A stretch of 64,000 nt of DNA from an uncultured Aliarcobacter sp. (lineage in GTDB: Bacteria > Campylobacterota > Campylobacteria > Campylobacterales > Arcobacteraceae), in contig CAXXLV010000002.1 of assembly GCA_963664305.2 (NCBI GenBank), forward strand, positions 960,001 through 1,024,000, read 5' to 3'. This document shows positions 41,252 through 50,587 of this stretch, one piece after another (position 1 is the stretch's first letter; every line of letters starts with the position of its first letter). The position numbers were made by a program, and so were the translations under genes. The notes beneath the pieces were generated by a model. It saw nothing but the letters and a program-made list of their open reading frames with translations, did no database searches and was not told the origin of the DNA.

Positions 41252-41273
41252 TTCTCAAGCTTAAGCTTGGGAA
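41252..41273. repeat. REP-like palindrome TTCTCAAGCTTAAGCTTGGGAA
   Basis: Near-perfect 22-bp palindrome between convergent genes. Confidence 0.6.
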
Positions 41274-41281
41274 CAAAAAAG

Positions 41282-41749
41282 TTAAATCTTTGGAATAGAA
41301 GAAAGTGTTCTTATAATCATCTCTAAAATATGCCAAAATAAAAACAATATTCCTCCTAATATTATCAAACGAATTTGCCAAACACTATAAAATTGGACTT
41401 TATTTGAATTATATTCAAATGCTGTTTTTACTCCATCAATTGCCGCTTCAACTAATTCTAAATTTTGTGGTTGCTTAGGATGAATACCATTTTTTAATTG
41501 TAATAAACCATAATTAGTATAGATACAAGATTGTACATATAAGATACTTTTTACACCAAAGTAAAAACTAATTCCCCAAACTAAAACAGCAAAACCTAAA
41601 GGAATTAAAGAATAAGTAATTTTTAATGTTTCTGTTTTTTGAATAGAAAAAGCTATCGCCGATGCGGTAATCGCTAATAAAAAATATGTATATTTGTCTT
41701 GGGTTATTTGATGTTGTTTTTGAAGTTCCAATAATTCAGAATTTGGCAT
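41282..41749 (-). CDS. Orphan membrane protein (about 3 TM)
   Basis: Three hydrophobic segments; AGGGA RBS. Confidence 0.75.
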   Translation of the reverse strand: MPNSELLELQKQHQITQDKYTYFLLAITASAIAFSIQKTETLKITYSLIPLGFAVLVWGISFYFGVKSILYVQSCIYTNYGLLQLKNGIHPKQPQNLELVEAAIDGVKTAFEYNSNKVQFYSVWQIRLIILGGILFLFWHILEMIIRTLSSIPKI

Positions 41750-41772
41750 ATTTAATCCCTAATTTAAAATAC

Positions 41773-41872
41773 TTCTAACAAGTTTTATGTAGATTTTGCC
41801 AAAGTTTGGCAAAGGTGTACTACAAGTACATCGAGCCAAACTTTGGTGAAAGATGCGTAAAAATTGTTAGAA
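41773..41872. repeat. 100-bp imperfect hairpin element (MITE-like or attC-like)
   Basis: 38-bp arms TTCTAACAAG..GTTTGGC / GCCAAAC..TTGTTAGAA with an inner TGTACT-ACA-AGTACA hairpin. Confidence 0.8.
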
Positions 41873-41873
41873 A

Positions 41874-43409
41874 TTATTCCCACTCGATAGTTGCTGGTGG
41901 TTTTGATGAAATATCATAAACTACTCTATTGATTCCATCAACTTCGTTGATAATTCTTCTAGAGATTGTTTCTAAAATATCATGTGGAATATGTGCAAAA
42001 GTTGCTGTCATACCATCTGTTGCTTCAACTATTCTTACACAAACTGTGTTATCATAAGTTCTGTTATCACCCATAACACCAACAGATTTTACGTTTAATA
42101 ATACTGTAAATGCTTGCCAAGTTTTATCATAATAACCAGTCGCATGTAATACATCTAACATTATAGTATCAGCTTTTCTTAATAACTCTAAATCAGGTTT
42201 ATTTACATCTCCCATGATTCTAATAGCAAGTCCAGGTCCAGGGAATGGATGTCTACCAATCATTGATGCTGGAAGTCCAAGTTCTAATCCTAAAGCTCTA
42301 ACCTCATCTTTGAAGATTTCTCTTAAAGGCTCAACTAATTCAAATTTCATCCAATCAGGTAATCCACCAACATTGTGGTGAGATTTGATAGTTTTTGAAG
42401 GACCTTTTACAGAAACTGATTCAATAACGTCTGTATATAAAGTTCCTTGTGCTAAGAACTCAATACCTTGGTGTTTTTTTGCTTCTTTATCAAATACTTC
42501 GATAAATGTTTCACCAATGATTTTTCTTTTTGTTTCAGGGTCTGTAACACCTGTAAGTTTTGTTAAAAACTCTTCACTTGCATCAACAGTGATAAGTTTA
42601 ACTCCCCTTGCTTTGAACATTGATTCAACTTGTTCTCTCTCATTTGCTCTTAATAATCCATTATCAACAAATACTGGAATTACGTTTTCACCAATAGCTT
42701 CAGCTAAAAGTGTAGCTACAACAGAAGAATCAACTCCTCCTGAAACTCCACAAAGAACTTTTTTATTTCCAACTTGCTCTTGAATTCTTTTGATTTGCTC
42801 TTTTGCAAATGAACCCATATTCCAAGTAGAATCACATCCACAAATATGTTTTGCAAAGTTTTTTAATAATTTGCTTCCCTCAGCTGAGTGGTAAACTTCT
42901 GGGTGAAATTGGAATGCATAGATATTTCTATCAGTATTTGCAATAGCTGCAAATGGTGAATTTTCACTTGTTGCAATTTTTTGGAATCCTGATGGAATAT
43001 TTTCTACTCTATCTCCATGACTCATCCAAACAATTTGACCATCTTGTGTATCTTTAAAAATTGGATTTTCAACTTCAAATTTTAATCTAGCTTTTCCATA
43101 TTCATGATGATTTGCAGGAATTACACTTCCACCAAAGTGTTGTGAAATTAACTGCATTCCATAACAAATACCTAAAATTGGAAGACCCAGTTCAAATATT
43201 GTAGTATCAGGATGATAAGCATCATCAGCATAAACAGAAGCAGGACCTCCTGAAAGAATAATTCCTTTTGGAGTTCTAGCCATAATATCTTCAATAGATT
43301 CACTATAAGGAACTATTTCAGAGTAAACACCAGCTTCTCTAAGTTTTCTAGCAATGATTTGAGTATATTGACTACCAAAATCTAATACTACTATTGGTAC
43401 ATGTTTCAT
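41874..43409 (-). CDS. guaA: GMP synthase (glutamine-hydrolysing)
   Basis: [24 protein letters not shown]; start placed at MKHVP. Confidence 0.99.
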   Translation of the reverse strand: MKHVPIVVLDFGSQYTQIIARKLREAGVYSEIVPYSESIEDIMARTPKGIILSGGPASVYADDAYHPDTTIFELGLPILGICYGMQLISQHFGGSVIPANHHEYGKARLKFEVENPIFKDTQDGQIVWMSHGDRVENIPSGFQKIATSENSPFAAIANTDRNIYAFQFHPEVYHSAEGSKLLKNFAKHICGCDSTWNMGSFAKEQIKRIQEQVGNKKVLCGVSGGVDSSVVATLLAEAIGENVIPVFVDNGLLRANEREQVESMFKARGVKLITVDASEEFLTKLTGVTDPETKRKIIGETFIEVFDKEAKKHQGIEFLAQGTLYTDVIESVSVKGPSKTIKSHHNVGGLPDWMKFELVEPLREIFKDEVRALGLELGLPASMIGRHPFPGPGLAIRIMGDVNKPDLELLRKADTIMLDVLHATGYYDKTWQAFTVLLNVKSVGVMGDNRTYDNTVCVRIVEATDGMTATFAHIPHDILETISRRIINEVDGINRVVYDISSKPPATIEWE

Positions 43410-43521
43410 ATATTGTTTTCCTTCATATTTCACACAAAAGTGCTTGAATATTACAAATTTAAGTTAAAGATTTTATCTAAATTGTTGTAAAAAAATGGTT
43501 AAAGTAAAAATAAGCCATAAA

Positions 43522-43558
43522 AAAAGGGGTGTTAGAAAAAATTTCTAACACCCCTTTT
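43522..43558 (-). terminator. Rho-independent terminator after nhaD
   Basis: AAAAGGGGTGTTAGAAA-loop-TTTCTAACACCCCTTTT perfect stem. Confidence 0.85.
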
Positions 43559-43578
43559 GATTTCTAAAACTGAATATT

Positions 43579-44958
43579 TTAGTGACTAATACCTAAAATA
43601 TGATATTGGAAATACCAAACACTAACAGAAATAATATATCCAATTAATACAGTCCATGCATATTTCATGTGTGAACCAAAAGTATAAATTCCATGTAATT
43701 TACCCATTACTCCAACACCAGCTGCACTTCCAAAAGAGATTAAAGAACCACCAACTCCAGCTGTTAAAGTAACTAACATCCATTGGTCAAGTCCCATTTC
43801 TGGATTTGCTTTTAAAATTGCAGACATAACAGGAACATTATCAACAACTGCTGATAAGAATCCAACTCCAATATTTGACCATGTTGGTCCTAAAATTTCT
43901 GGGTCATAAACTACAGAAGCTAAAGCTAACCATCCAACAAAATATAAAGCTCCAACTGCTGCTAAAATACCGAAGAAGAACATTAAAGTATTGTTTTCGA
44001 TTTTTGCCATTGAATGGAAAATATTAAAATGGTCTTTTCCATATTTTTTACTTAATCCATATGAATATACTTTAAGTAAAGCTAAACCAAACATCATACC
44101 CCACATAGCTGGAAGATGCAATACTTGGTGAGACATAACAGCACAGAAAATTGTAAATACTCCTAGGAACATTACCATTTTTGCACCTTCATGCATTTTT
44201 GGTTTAGTTTCTTTTGTTGCATCAAAATCAGGTACTACATTTGGAACAACTCTTGATAATAAAAATGCAGTTGCTATGTAACCTAAAATTGCAGATGGGA
44301 ATAAGAATAAGAAGTCAGTAAATACTCCTTTTCCTGCTGTCCATGCCATAAGTGTTGTAATATCACCAAATGGAGACCAAGCACCTCCAGCATTTGCAGC
44401 AACTACAATATTAATAGCACCTGGAACTAAGAAATCTTTTCTTGTTTTTTCAATTGTAATTAAAACTGTTGATAAAATAAGTGCTGTTGTTAAGTTATCA
44501 GCGATTGGAGAGATAAAGAAAGCTAAAAATCCAGTAACCCAGAATAGTTTTCTATATGTATAACCTTTTGAGATTAGATTATATTTTAATCTATCAAATA
44601 CTCCCATATGTAGCAATGACTCAATATAAGTCATAGCAACAAATAAGAAGAAGAAAATTTCTGCAATTTCCAAAATCAAATGTTGTGCTTGTGTATGAAC
44701 TAAATTCATATCCAAATGATTTAATGCATAATAAATTGCAATTAAAATAAACATAAATGTACCAATAAATAAAGCTGGTTTTGCTTTATCAATAGCATAT
44801 TTTTCTTCCGCCGCTACAAAATAATATCCAATAACAAAGATGATAAGAGTTGCAAAACCAACCCAAGTCATAGTTAAATCAGGAATTTCACCAGTACTTG
44901 CAGAACTTGCAAACAAAGACAAAGACCCGAAGATTAAAGTCATTATAACTTTTAACAT
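43579..44958 (-). CDS. nhaD: Na+/H+ antiporter NhaD
   Basis: DNLTTAL, NAGGAWSPFGDITT, VDNVP, GSAAGV. Confidence 0.92.
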   Translation of the reverse strand: MLKVIMTLIFGSLSLFASSASTGEIPDLTMTWVGFATLIIFVIGYYFVAAEEKYAIDKAKPALFIGTFMFILIAIYYALNHLDMNLVHTQAQHLILEIAEIFFFLFVAMTYIESLLHMGVFDRLKYNLISKGYTYRKLFWVTGFLAFFISPIADNLTTALILSTVLITIEKTRKDFLVPGAINIVVAANAGGAWSPFGDITTLMAWTAGKGVFTDFLFLFPSAILGYIATAFLLSRVVPNVVPDFDATKETKPKMHEGAKMVMFLGVFTIFCAVMSHQVLHLPAMWGMMFGLALLKVYSYGLSKKYGKDHFNIFHSMAKIENNTLMFFFGILAAVGALYFVGWLALASVVYDPEILGPTWSNIGVGFLSAVVDNVPVMSAILKANPEMGLDQWMLVTLTAGVGGSLISFGSAAGVGVMGKLHGIYTFGSHMKYAWTVLIGYIISVSVWYFQYHILGISH

Positions 44959-46412
44959 TCATTCTCCTTAATATAGTGTGCACCAAGTGATTCTTTACGC
45001 TTTAATGCAGCTTTTAGAATAGATTTTGCCGTAAGTAGCCTTAAAAATAATAATCTACCTACATCTTCTTTCAAGTATCTTTCTATCATTTCTAAGGATT
45101 TTTCCAGTTTTTTGGGCTCTCTAACTATCCCTGCATTTGACCACATAATCTCTCTTAGGTTATCTTTTATATCTTTATCAATTTCTTTATTTCTTACATA
45201 ATTTATGATTGGTTTATCATAATTTTTAGGTTCAATTTTAAAATCTTCTTTTAGTGATACTTCAACTGCAATTTCTGAAAAAACTAACCCTTCAAGTAAA
45301 GAATTTGAAGCCAATCTATTTGCTCCATGAACTCCTGTACAAGCTACTTCACCTATTGCATAAAGATTTTTCATACCTTTAACTTTTGCTTCAAGTGTTG
45401 TCTCTATCCCACCCATTGAATAGTGAAAAGCAGGACTTATTGGAACTCTTTCAAAAGGTAATTCATATCCTAATTCTTTTAAATTTGAATAAATATTTGG
45501 AAATCTCTTTTTAAAAGCTTTTTTCTCAAATGTTTCAAATGATAAAAATACTCCGAGTCCAGTTTTTTTGTTGTAATCAAAAATCGACCTACTTACTACA
45601 TCTCTTGGAGCTAATTCACCATCTTTATGATAATCAAATAAAAATCTATAACCATTTTCATCAACTATATAAGCACCCTCACCTCTTAATGCTTCACTTA
45701 AAAGTGGTTTTCTAGCAAAGTTTGTACCTCTTACAACAGTTGGGTGAAACTGCATCATCTCCATATCTTTTAATGGAAGATTTTTTTCAGCAATGATTCC
45801 TTGAATTTCCCCTGCATTTGCAGTTGAATTTGTATGATATCTATAAATTGAACCTACTCCACCACTTGCTATTATTGTGTTATGAGCATAAACAACTTTT
45901 TGTTCTGTTTCACTTGTAAAATATTGAACACCGTAACAAATATCATCTTTTATAAGTAAATCACAAACTACTGATTGAGTAAGAATAACGTGTTCACAAT
46001 GTTCAAGTAAAAAGACATGCATCATTCTTCCAGTTGCATCACCATCAGCATGTAAAATTCTGTTTCTACTGTGTGCTGCTTCTTTTGTATAAGCTAACTC
46101 ACCTTTGTCATTTAAGTCAAATTTCATTCCTGCAGCTATTAAATTTTTAATAGTTGAAATTGATTTTTTACTTAAAAGTTCAACAGTTTTTTTATCATTA
46201 TAATTTACACCTGCTGTTAAAGTATCATTTATATGAACTGGGACATCATTTTCATCAACAGCACTTGCTATCCCACCTTGAGCCCAAAATGTATTACAAT
46301 TCCATGTTGACATTTTGCATAAAATCAACACTTTTTTGTCTTTAGGAATTAATCTTGCTGCATTAAGACCAGCAACACCTGTTCCAATTATCACATAATC
46401 ATAAATTTTCAT
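44952..46412 (-). CDS. nadB: L-aspartate oxidase
   Basis: AQGGIA, EAAHSRNRILH, QFHPT, HGANRLASNSLLE. Confidence 0.95.
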   Translation of the reverse strand: MKIYDYVIIGTGVAGLNAARLIPKDKKVLILCKMSTWNCNTFWAQGGIASAVDENDVPVHINDTLTAGVNYNDKKTVELLSKKSISTIKNLIAAGMKFDLNDKGELAYTKEAAHSRNRILHADGDATGRMMHVFLLEHCEHVILTQSVVCDLLIKDDICYGVQYFTSETEQKVVYAHNTIIASGGVGSIYRYHTNSTANAGEIQGIIAEKNLPLKDMEMMQFHPTVVRGTNFARKPLLSEALRGEGAYIVDENGYRFLFDYHKDGELAPRDVVSRSIFDYNKKTGLGVFLSFETFEKKAFKKRFPNIYSNLKELGYELPFERVPISPAFHYSMGGIETTLEAKVKGMKNLYAIGEVACTGVHGANRLASNSLLEGLVFSEIAVEVSLKEDFKIEPKNYDKPIINYVRNKEIDKDIKDNLREIMWSNAGIVREPKKLEKSLEMIERYLKEDVGRLLFLRLLTAKSILKAALKRKESLGAHYIKENEC

Positions 46413-46555
46413 TTTGAAACTTCGTTTGTTGTTTGAGGAGCACTTGAATCAGATTGTAGATAAATTGGGTCATCTTTATAACCACAACCACTAAAAGATA
46501 ATATAAAACCTGCTATAATTAGCGTATGAAAAAAATTAATGAAATACTTAGTCAT
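46409..46555 (-). CDS. Small lipoprotein (48 aa), LptM/YifL-like
   Basis: MTKYFINFFHTLIIAGFILSFSGCGYKDDPIYL..: FSGC lipobox followed by CGxK..xY; TGA overlaps the nadB ATG. Confidence 0.7.
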   Translation of the reverse strand: MTKYFINFFHTLIIAGFILSFSGCGYKDDPIYLQSDSSAPQTTNEVSK

Positions 46556-46942
46556 CTTAAAAATAATCCTGAATTTAGAAAGATTAATACCTCTTTTTTA
46601 ATAATGAAGTTCATTGATGCACTTCCTTTAAAATTAAGAAAAGGTGTAAAATTTGGATATATAAAAAACCAAACTTTATACTTTGTATTAACTCATCCTG
46701 TATATAAAATGGAATTTGAGTATAACAAAGCAGATATAAAATCATTATTAAAAAATTTTAAGATTGCAAATGTTGAAGATATAGGATTCTTTGTTACAAA
46801 TGTAATTGAAAAAAAAGAAGAAAAAGAAGAAGATAAACCTTTATATATTGAACGTTCTTATGGAATATTTGAGAACAGAGCAAAAGATGAAAAGATTTTT
46901 AAAAAATTTGAAAAAATAAGAGAAATTATAAAAAATTCTTAA
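46526..46942 (+). CDS. DUF721/DciA-like protein
   Basis: IKNQTLYFVLTHPVYKMEF fits the DciA core. Confidence 0.65.
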   Translation: MKKINEILSHLKNNPEFRKINTSFLIMKFIDALPLKLRKGVKFGYIKNQTLYFVLTHPVYKMEFEYNKADIKSLLKNFKIANVEDIGFFVTNVIEKKEEKEEDKPLYIERSYGIFENRAKDEKIFKKFEKIREIIKNS

Positions 46943-47519
46943 AATTTCTCTCTATTTCTTTATAATTTGGGCAATAAACTGCAACTAAACTCCAAAAATC
47001 CCTAGAATGATTTTTATGTTTTATGTGAGCTAACTCATGAACAATCACATATTTCATCACTTCAATTGGAAATTTCATAAGTAAAATATTAAAATTTAAT
47101 CCATTTTTATAATTACAAGAACCCCACGTTCTTTTATTTTTTCTAAAACTCAAAGATGTTGGAAACAGTTGCATTTTTGATGAAAATTCTTCAAGAAAAA
47201 TTGGCAAAATTTTTTGAATCTCTTTTTTGTAAAAAAGGTCTAAATTTTTTATTTTAAAATCATCAAGTTTTCTTATCTCACCTAAATACAAAAACTCATC
47301 TTCTTTTATCAAATTCTTTGATAATTTTTTTATTGAAGCTTCAATCCAATCCAATTTTTTTTCAACCAATTTTTTTGCATCATAGATAGTAAAATAGGCA
47401 TTTGCTCGAATTTGTATCAAATCATCTTTTAAAATTCTCATATAACAATGTTTCATATTTTTTCTATTTTCTAATTTTACTGTTACAATTTTTTCATTTA
47501 TTTCTATTTGAAAACTCAA
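46926..47519 (-). CDS. YgjP/DUF45 (M48-like) metal-dependent hydrolase
   Basis: WGSC..YVIVHELAH..NHS..FW. Confidence 0.88.
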   Translation of the reverse strand: MSFQIEINEKIVTVKLENRKNMKHCYMRILKDDLIQIRANAYFTIYDAKKLVEKKLDWIEASIKKLSKNLIKEDEFLYLGEIRKLDDFKIKNLDLFYKKEIQKILPIFLEEFSSKMQLFPTSLSFRKNKRTWGSCNYKNGLNFNILLMKFPIEVMKYVIVHELAHIKHKNHSRDFWSLVAVYCPNYKEIERNFKNFL

Positions 47520-47605
47520 ACTATTAATTCCTTAAGTATTTATTTGATAAAATCCCGCACTATTATATCAAAAGTATAATTTTAATTTTATTGAGGAACA
47601 TGCTA

Positions 47606-48775
47606 ATGAAAATTGCAAACAGAATGGAGAACCTATCTCCATCGGTTACTATGGCAATAACTGCCCTAGCAAGAGAGCTTAAAGCTCAAGGTAAAGATAT
47701 ACTAAGTTTTAGTGCAGGTGAACCTGACTTTGATACTCCTGAATTAATTAAACAAGCTGCAATCAAAGCTATTAATGAAGGACATACTAAATATACAGCC
47801 GTAGAAGGTATTATCGCTACCAAGCAAGCAATTATTAATAAATTAAAAAAAGACCACAATTTAGATTATAAATTAGAAGGTATCGTAATTAGCAACGGTG
47901 CAAAACACTCATTATTTAACCTATTCCAAGTTCTTGTTGAAGATGGTGATGAAGTGATTATTCCAGCACCTTATTGGGTTACATATCCAGAGCAAGTTAA
48001 ATTCTCAGGTGGAGTTCCTGTATTTATTGAAACAGATGACTCAACAGAATTCAAAATTACACCAGAGCAATTAAAAGCTGCTATTACACCTAAAACAAAA
48101 ATTTTACTTTTAAATACTCCATCTAACCCAACTGGTTCAGTATATTCAAAAGAAGAATTACTTGCACTTGGAGAAGTTTTAAAAGGAACAGATATTATCG
48201 TATTATCAGATGAAATGTATGAAAAAATCATGTACAACGGTAAAAAATTTACTGCATGTGCTGAAGTTTCTGAAGATATGTACAAAAGAACAGTAACTAT
48301 CAATGGTTTAAGTAAGGCTGTTGCTATGACGGGATGGAGATTTGGATATATTGCAACTCCAGATGTTGCACTTGCAAAAGCATTAACAAAATTACAAGGT
48401 CAAGTTACTTCAAACATCAATACTATGACTCAATATGCTGCTATTCCTGCATTAGAAGGTGAAGCAGATGAAACTATTGAGATGATGAGAGTTGAGTTTG
48501 AAAAAAGAAAAAATTATGCTGTTAAAGCATTTAATGACATCAAAGGTTTATCTTGTGTTGAACCTGATGGTGCATTCTACTTATTTGTAAACATTAAAAA
48601 TGTTACACCAGATTCTATGAAATTCTGCGCAGATTTATTAGAAGAAAAAGGTGTAGCTTTAGTACCAGGTCTTGCATTTGGTACAGAAGGTTATGTTAGA
48701 TTCTCTTTTGCTACAGATTTAGCAACAATTCAAGAGGGAATCAAAAGAATTAAAGAGTTTGTAGAAAGTAAATAA
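47606..48775 (+). CDS. PLP-dependent aminotransferase class I/II (aspartate aminotransferase type)
   Basis: GEPDF, PSNPTG, DEMY, SKAVAMTGWRFG; start placed at MKIAN. Confidence 0.95.
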   Translation: MKIANRMENLSPSVTMAITALARELKAQGKDILSFSAGEPDFDTPELIKQAAIKAINEGHTKYTAVEGIIATKQAIINKLKKDHNLDYKLEGIVISNGAKHSLFNLFQVLVEDGDEVIIPAPYWVTYPEQVKFSGGVPVFIETDDSTEFKITPEQLKAAITPKTKILLLNTPSNPTGSVYSKEELLALGEVLKGTDIIVLSDEMYEKIMYNGKKFTACAEVSEDMYKRTVTINGLSKAVAMTGWRFGYIATPDVALAKALTKLQGQVTSNINTMTQYAAIPALEGEADETIEMMRVEFEKRKNYAVKAFNDIKGLSCVEPDGAFYLFVNIKNVTPDSMKFCADLLEEKGVALVPGLAFGTEGYVRFSFATDLATIQEGIKRIKEFVESK

Positions 48776-49662
48776 TGACTTCTCAAAAAAAAGCTACCGT
48801 TGTTTCATCTAGTGTTGCAGCGGTACTTACTCTAATAAAACTTGTAATAGGATTTGCAAGTGGTTCAGTAGCAGTTTTAGCATCTGCTGTTGATTCTATT
48901 TTAGATATGTTTGTATCTATTTTTAACTATTTTGCAATTTCAAAATCTGAAAAACCAGCTGATAAAACTTTTAATTATGGTCGTGGAAAAATTGAAGCAT
49001 TAGCTTCTGTAATTGAAGGTACGATTATTACTATTTCTGGACTTTTTCTTCTTTATCAAGCAGTTAAAAAAGCTATAGTTGGAGAAGTTTCTCAATATTT
49101 AGATATTTCAATTTATGTAATGATTATATCTTTGATAATTACTATATCTTTAGTAACATATTTAAATATAGTTGCGAAAAAAACTAACTCAATGGTTATA
49201 AAAGCAGATGCATTACACTATAAAACAGACGTTTTTAGTAATCTTGCTGTTTTAATTTCTCTTTTACTTGTTACTTTCACTGGTTATGAAATTATTGATG
49301 TTTTCGTGGGTGGAGGAATTGCAATTTATATTATATATTCTGCTTATGAATTAATTCATGAAGGTGTACTTGTTTTATTAGATAGAGCAGTTGATGAAGA
49401 TTTAGTAGAAAAAATCGAAGAAATAATAAAAGCAAATGATAGAGTAAACACTTATCATTTACTAAAAACTAGAGAAGCATCAAATCAAACTTTTGTTGAA
49501 GTTCATTTAGTTTTTGATTGTTTAATAACACTGATGGATGCACATAGGGCAAGTGATTCTATTGAGAATAAAATAAAAAAATTAGATGAAAAAAGACAAT
49601 GGATTATAAATATTCATATGGATCCATATGATGATTTTAAAATGAATGATTTAGATCATTAA
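48775..49662 (+). CDS. Cation diffusion facilitator (FieF-like)
   Basis: DSILD, NYGRGKIE, ADALHYKTD, IHMDP. Confidence 0.93.
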   Translation: MTSQKKATVVSSSVAAVLTLIKLVIGFASGSVAVLASAVDSILDMFVSIFNYFAISKSEKPADKTFNYGRGKIEALASVIEGTIITISGLFLLYQAVKKAIVGEVSQYLDISIYVMIISLIITISLVTYLNIVAKKTNSMVIKADALHYKTDVFSNLAVLISLLLVTFTGYEIIDVFVGGGIAIYIIYSAYELIHEGVLVLLDRAVDEDLVEKIEEIIKANDRVNTYHLLKTREASNQTFVEVHLVFDCLITLMDAHRASDSIENKIKKLDEKRQWIINIHMDPYDDFKMNDLDH

Positions 49663-49691
49663 AAATTACTTTAGATAAAAGAAGAGTAAAA

Positions 49692-50285
49692 TTACTCTCC
49701 TTTTAAAGAATTCATTTTTTCATCAATCAAAGCTAAAGTTCTTTCTTGTGTTTTATATGAAATTTCAGGAAGTTCTCCACCAAAAAGTTTTTTTGCTTCT
49801 TCAAAACCCTGAACAATTCCATCTCTTCCTTTTTGTAAAAGTTCTAAATCATCCCCAGCAAAACCAAATACAAAATTTGCCACTCTATCTGAAGTTTGAG
49901 TTACACCAAAAAAACCATCATCACTTACAAGTTCTTTTGCTTCTTCTTGTGTTAATTCTGTTATTGCTTTACCTTCATAACCAATATTTTTTAAATCCAT
50001 TCCACTTTCTGTAGCTTTTCCACTTAGAAAATCTAAAACTTCTTGTTGATTACTACTTAAACTAGCTTGTGTTAATGTATTATCTTTTGTAATAGAAGAA
50101 GTATTCATTGCAAATAAAATATATTGTGCATTCATTGATAATGATACTTTTACAGCAGATTCATTTACTACATCTTCAAGTGATTTTTCTTCACTTTTTT
50201 GTTTAGTTTTAGAATTATTTGCATCAACACTTGAATTCTGTTTAAATGCATTTAGAGCTAAATTCACATTATTATTTATTTCCAT
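49692..50285 (-). CDS. Hypothetical protein (DUF5610-like C-terminus)
   Basis: DGFFGVTQTSDR..GFEEAKK.FGGELPEIS block. Confidence 0.65.
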   Translation of the reverse strand: MEINNNVNLALNAFKQNSSVDANNSKTKQKSEEKSLEDVVNESAVKVSLSMNAQYILFAMNTSSITKDNTLTQASLSSNQQEVLDFLSGKATESGMDLKNIGYEGKAITELTQEEAKELVSDDGFFGVTQTSDRVANFVFGFAGDDLELLQKGRDGIVQGFEEAKKLFGGELPEISYKTQERTLALIDEKMNSLKGE

Positions 50286-50587
50286 GACTACTCCTTATTT
50301 TCTTAAATTATACATTTCTTAAAATTAATTTAAACTTATTCTTTTCTGAATTTCTATTGCTTGAAAAAAGCAAAAATTAACGGGAAAAATGCTACATTAC
50401 GCAACAAAAAACTAGGAAAAACTGAATAAATATGGCACTAATAGACTTACAAAACACTTCTACTAAAAGTTAGGTCTAGCCACTATTTTATCGATACTCT
50501 TAATAAAATTTATATAACTACTAATACTTAAAATTAAAAAGTATGATATATCATATGACACATGTAATTTCTTCATCAGGAGAAAAC

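Noticed and set aside
41219..41260. Possible selenocysteine at the SelO C-terminus
   Set aside because: The gene ends in Cys-Ser-Ser-TAA with no in-frame TGA.
41773..41872. Calling the hairpin a bona fide integron attC site
   Set aside because: The ends resemble the consensus, but there are no extrahelical bases, no second attC after the gene and no intI in the window. Kept only as an unclassified hairpin.
43522..43558. GTTAGAA...TTCTAAC motif shared with the 41.8-kb hairpin ends
   Set aside because: Opposite arrangement within a short perfect stem with A/T tails after nhaD; adequately explained as a terminator.
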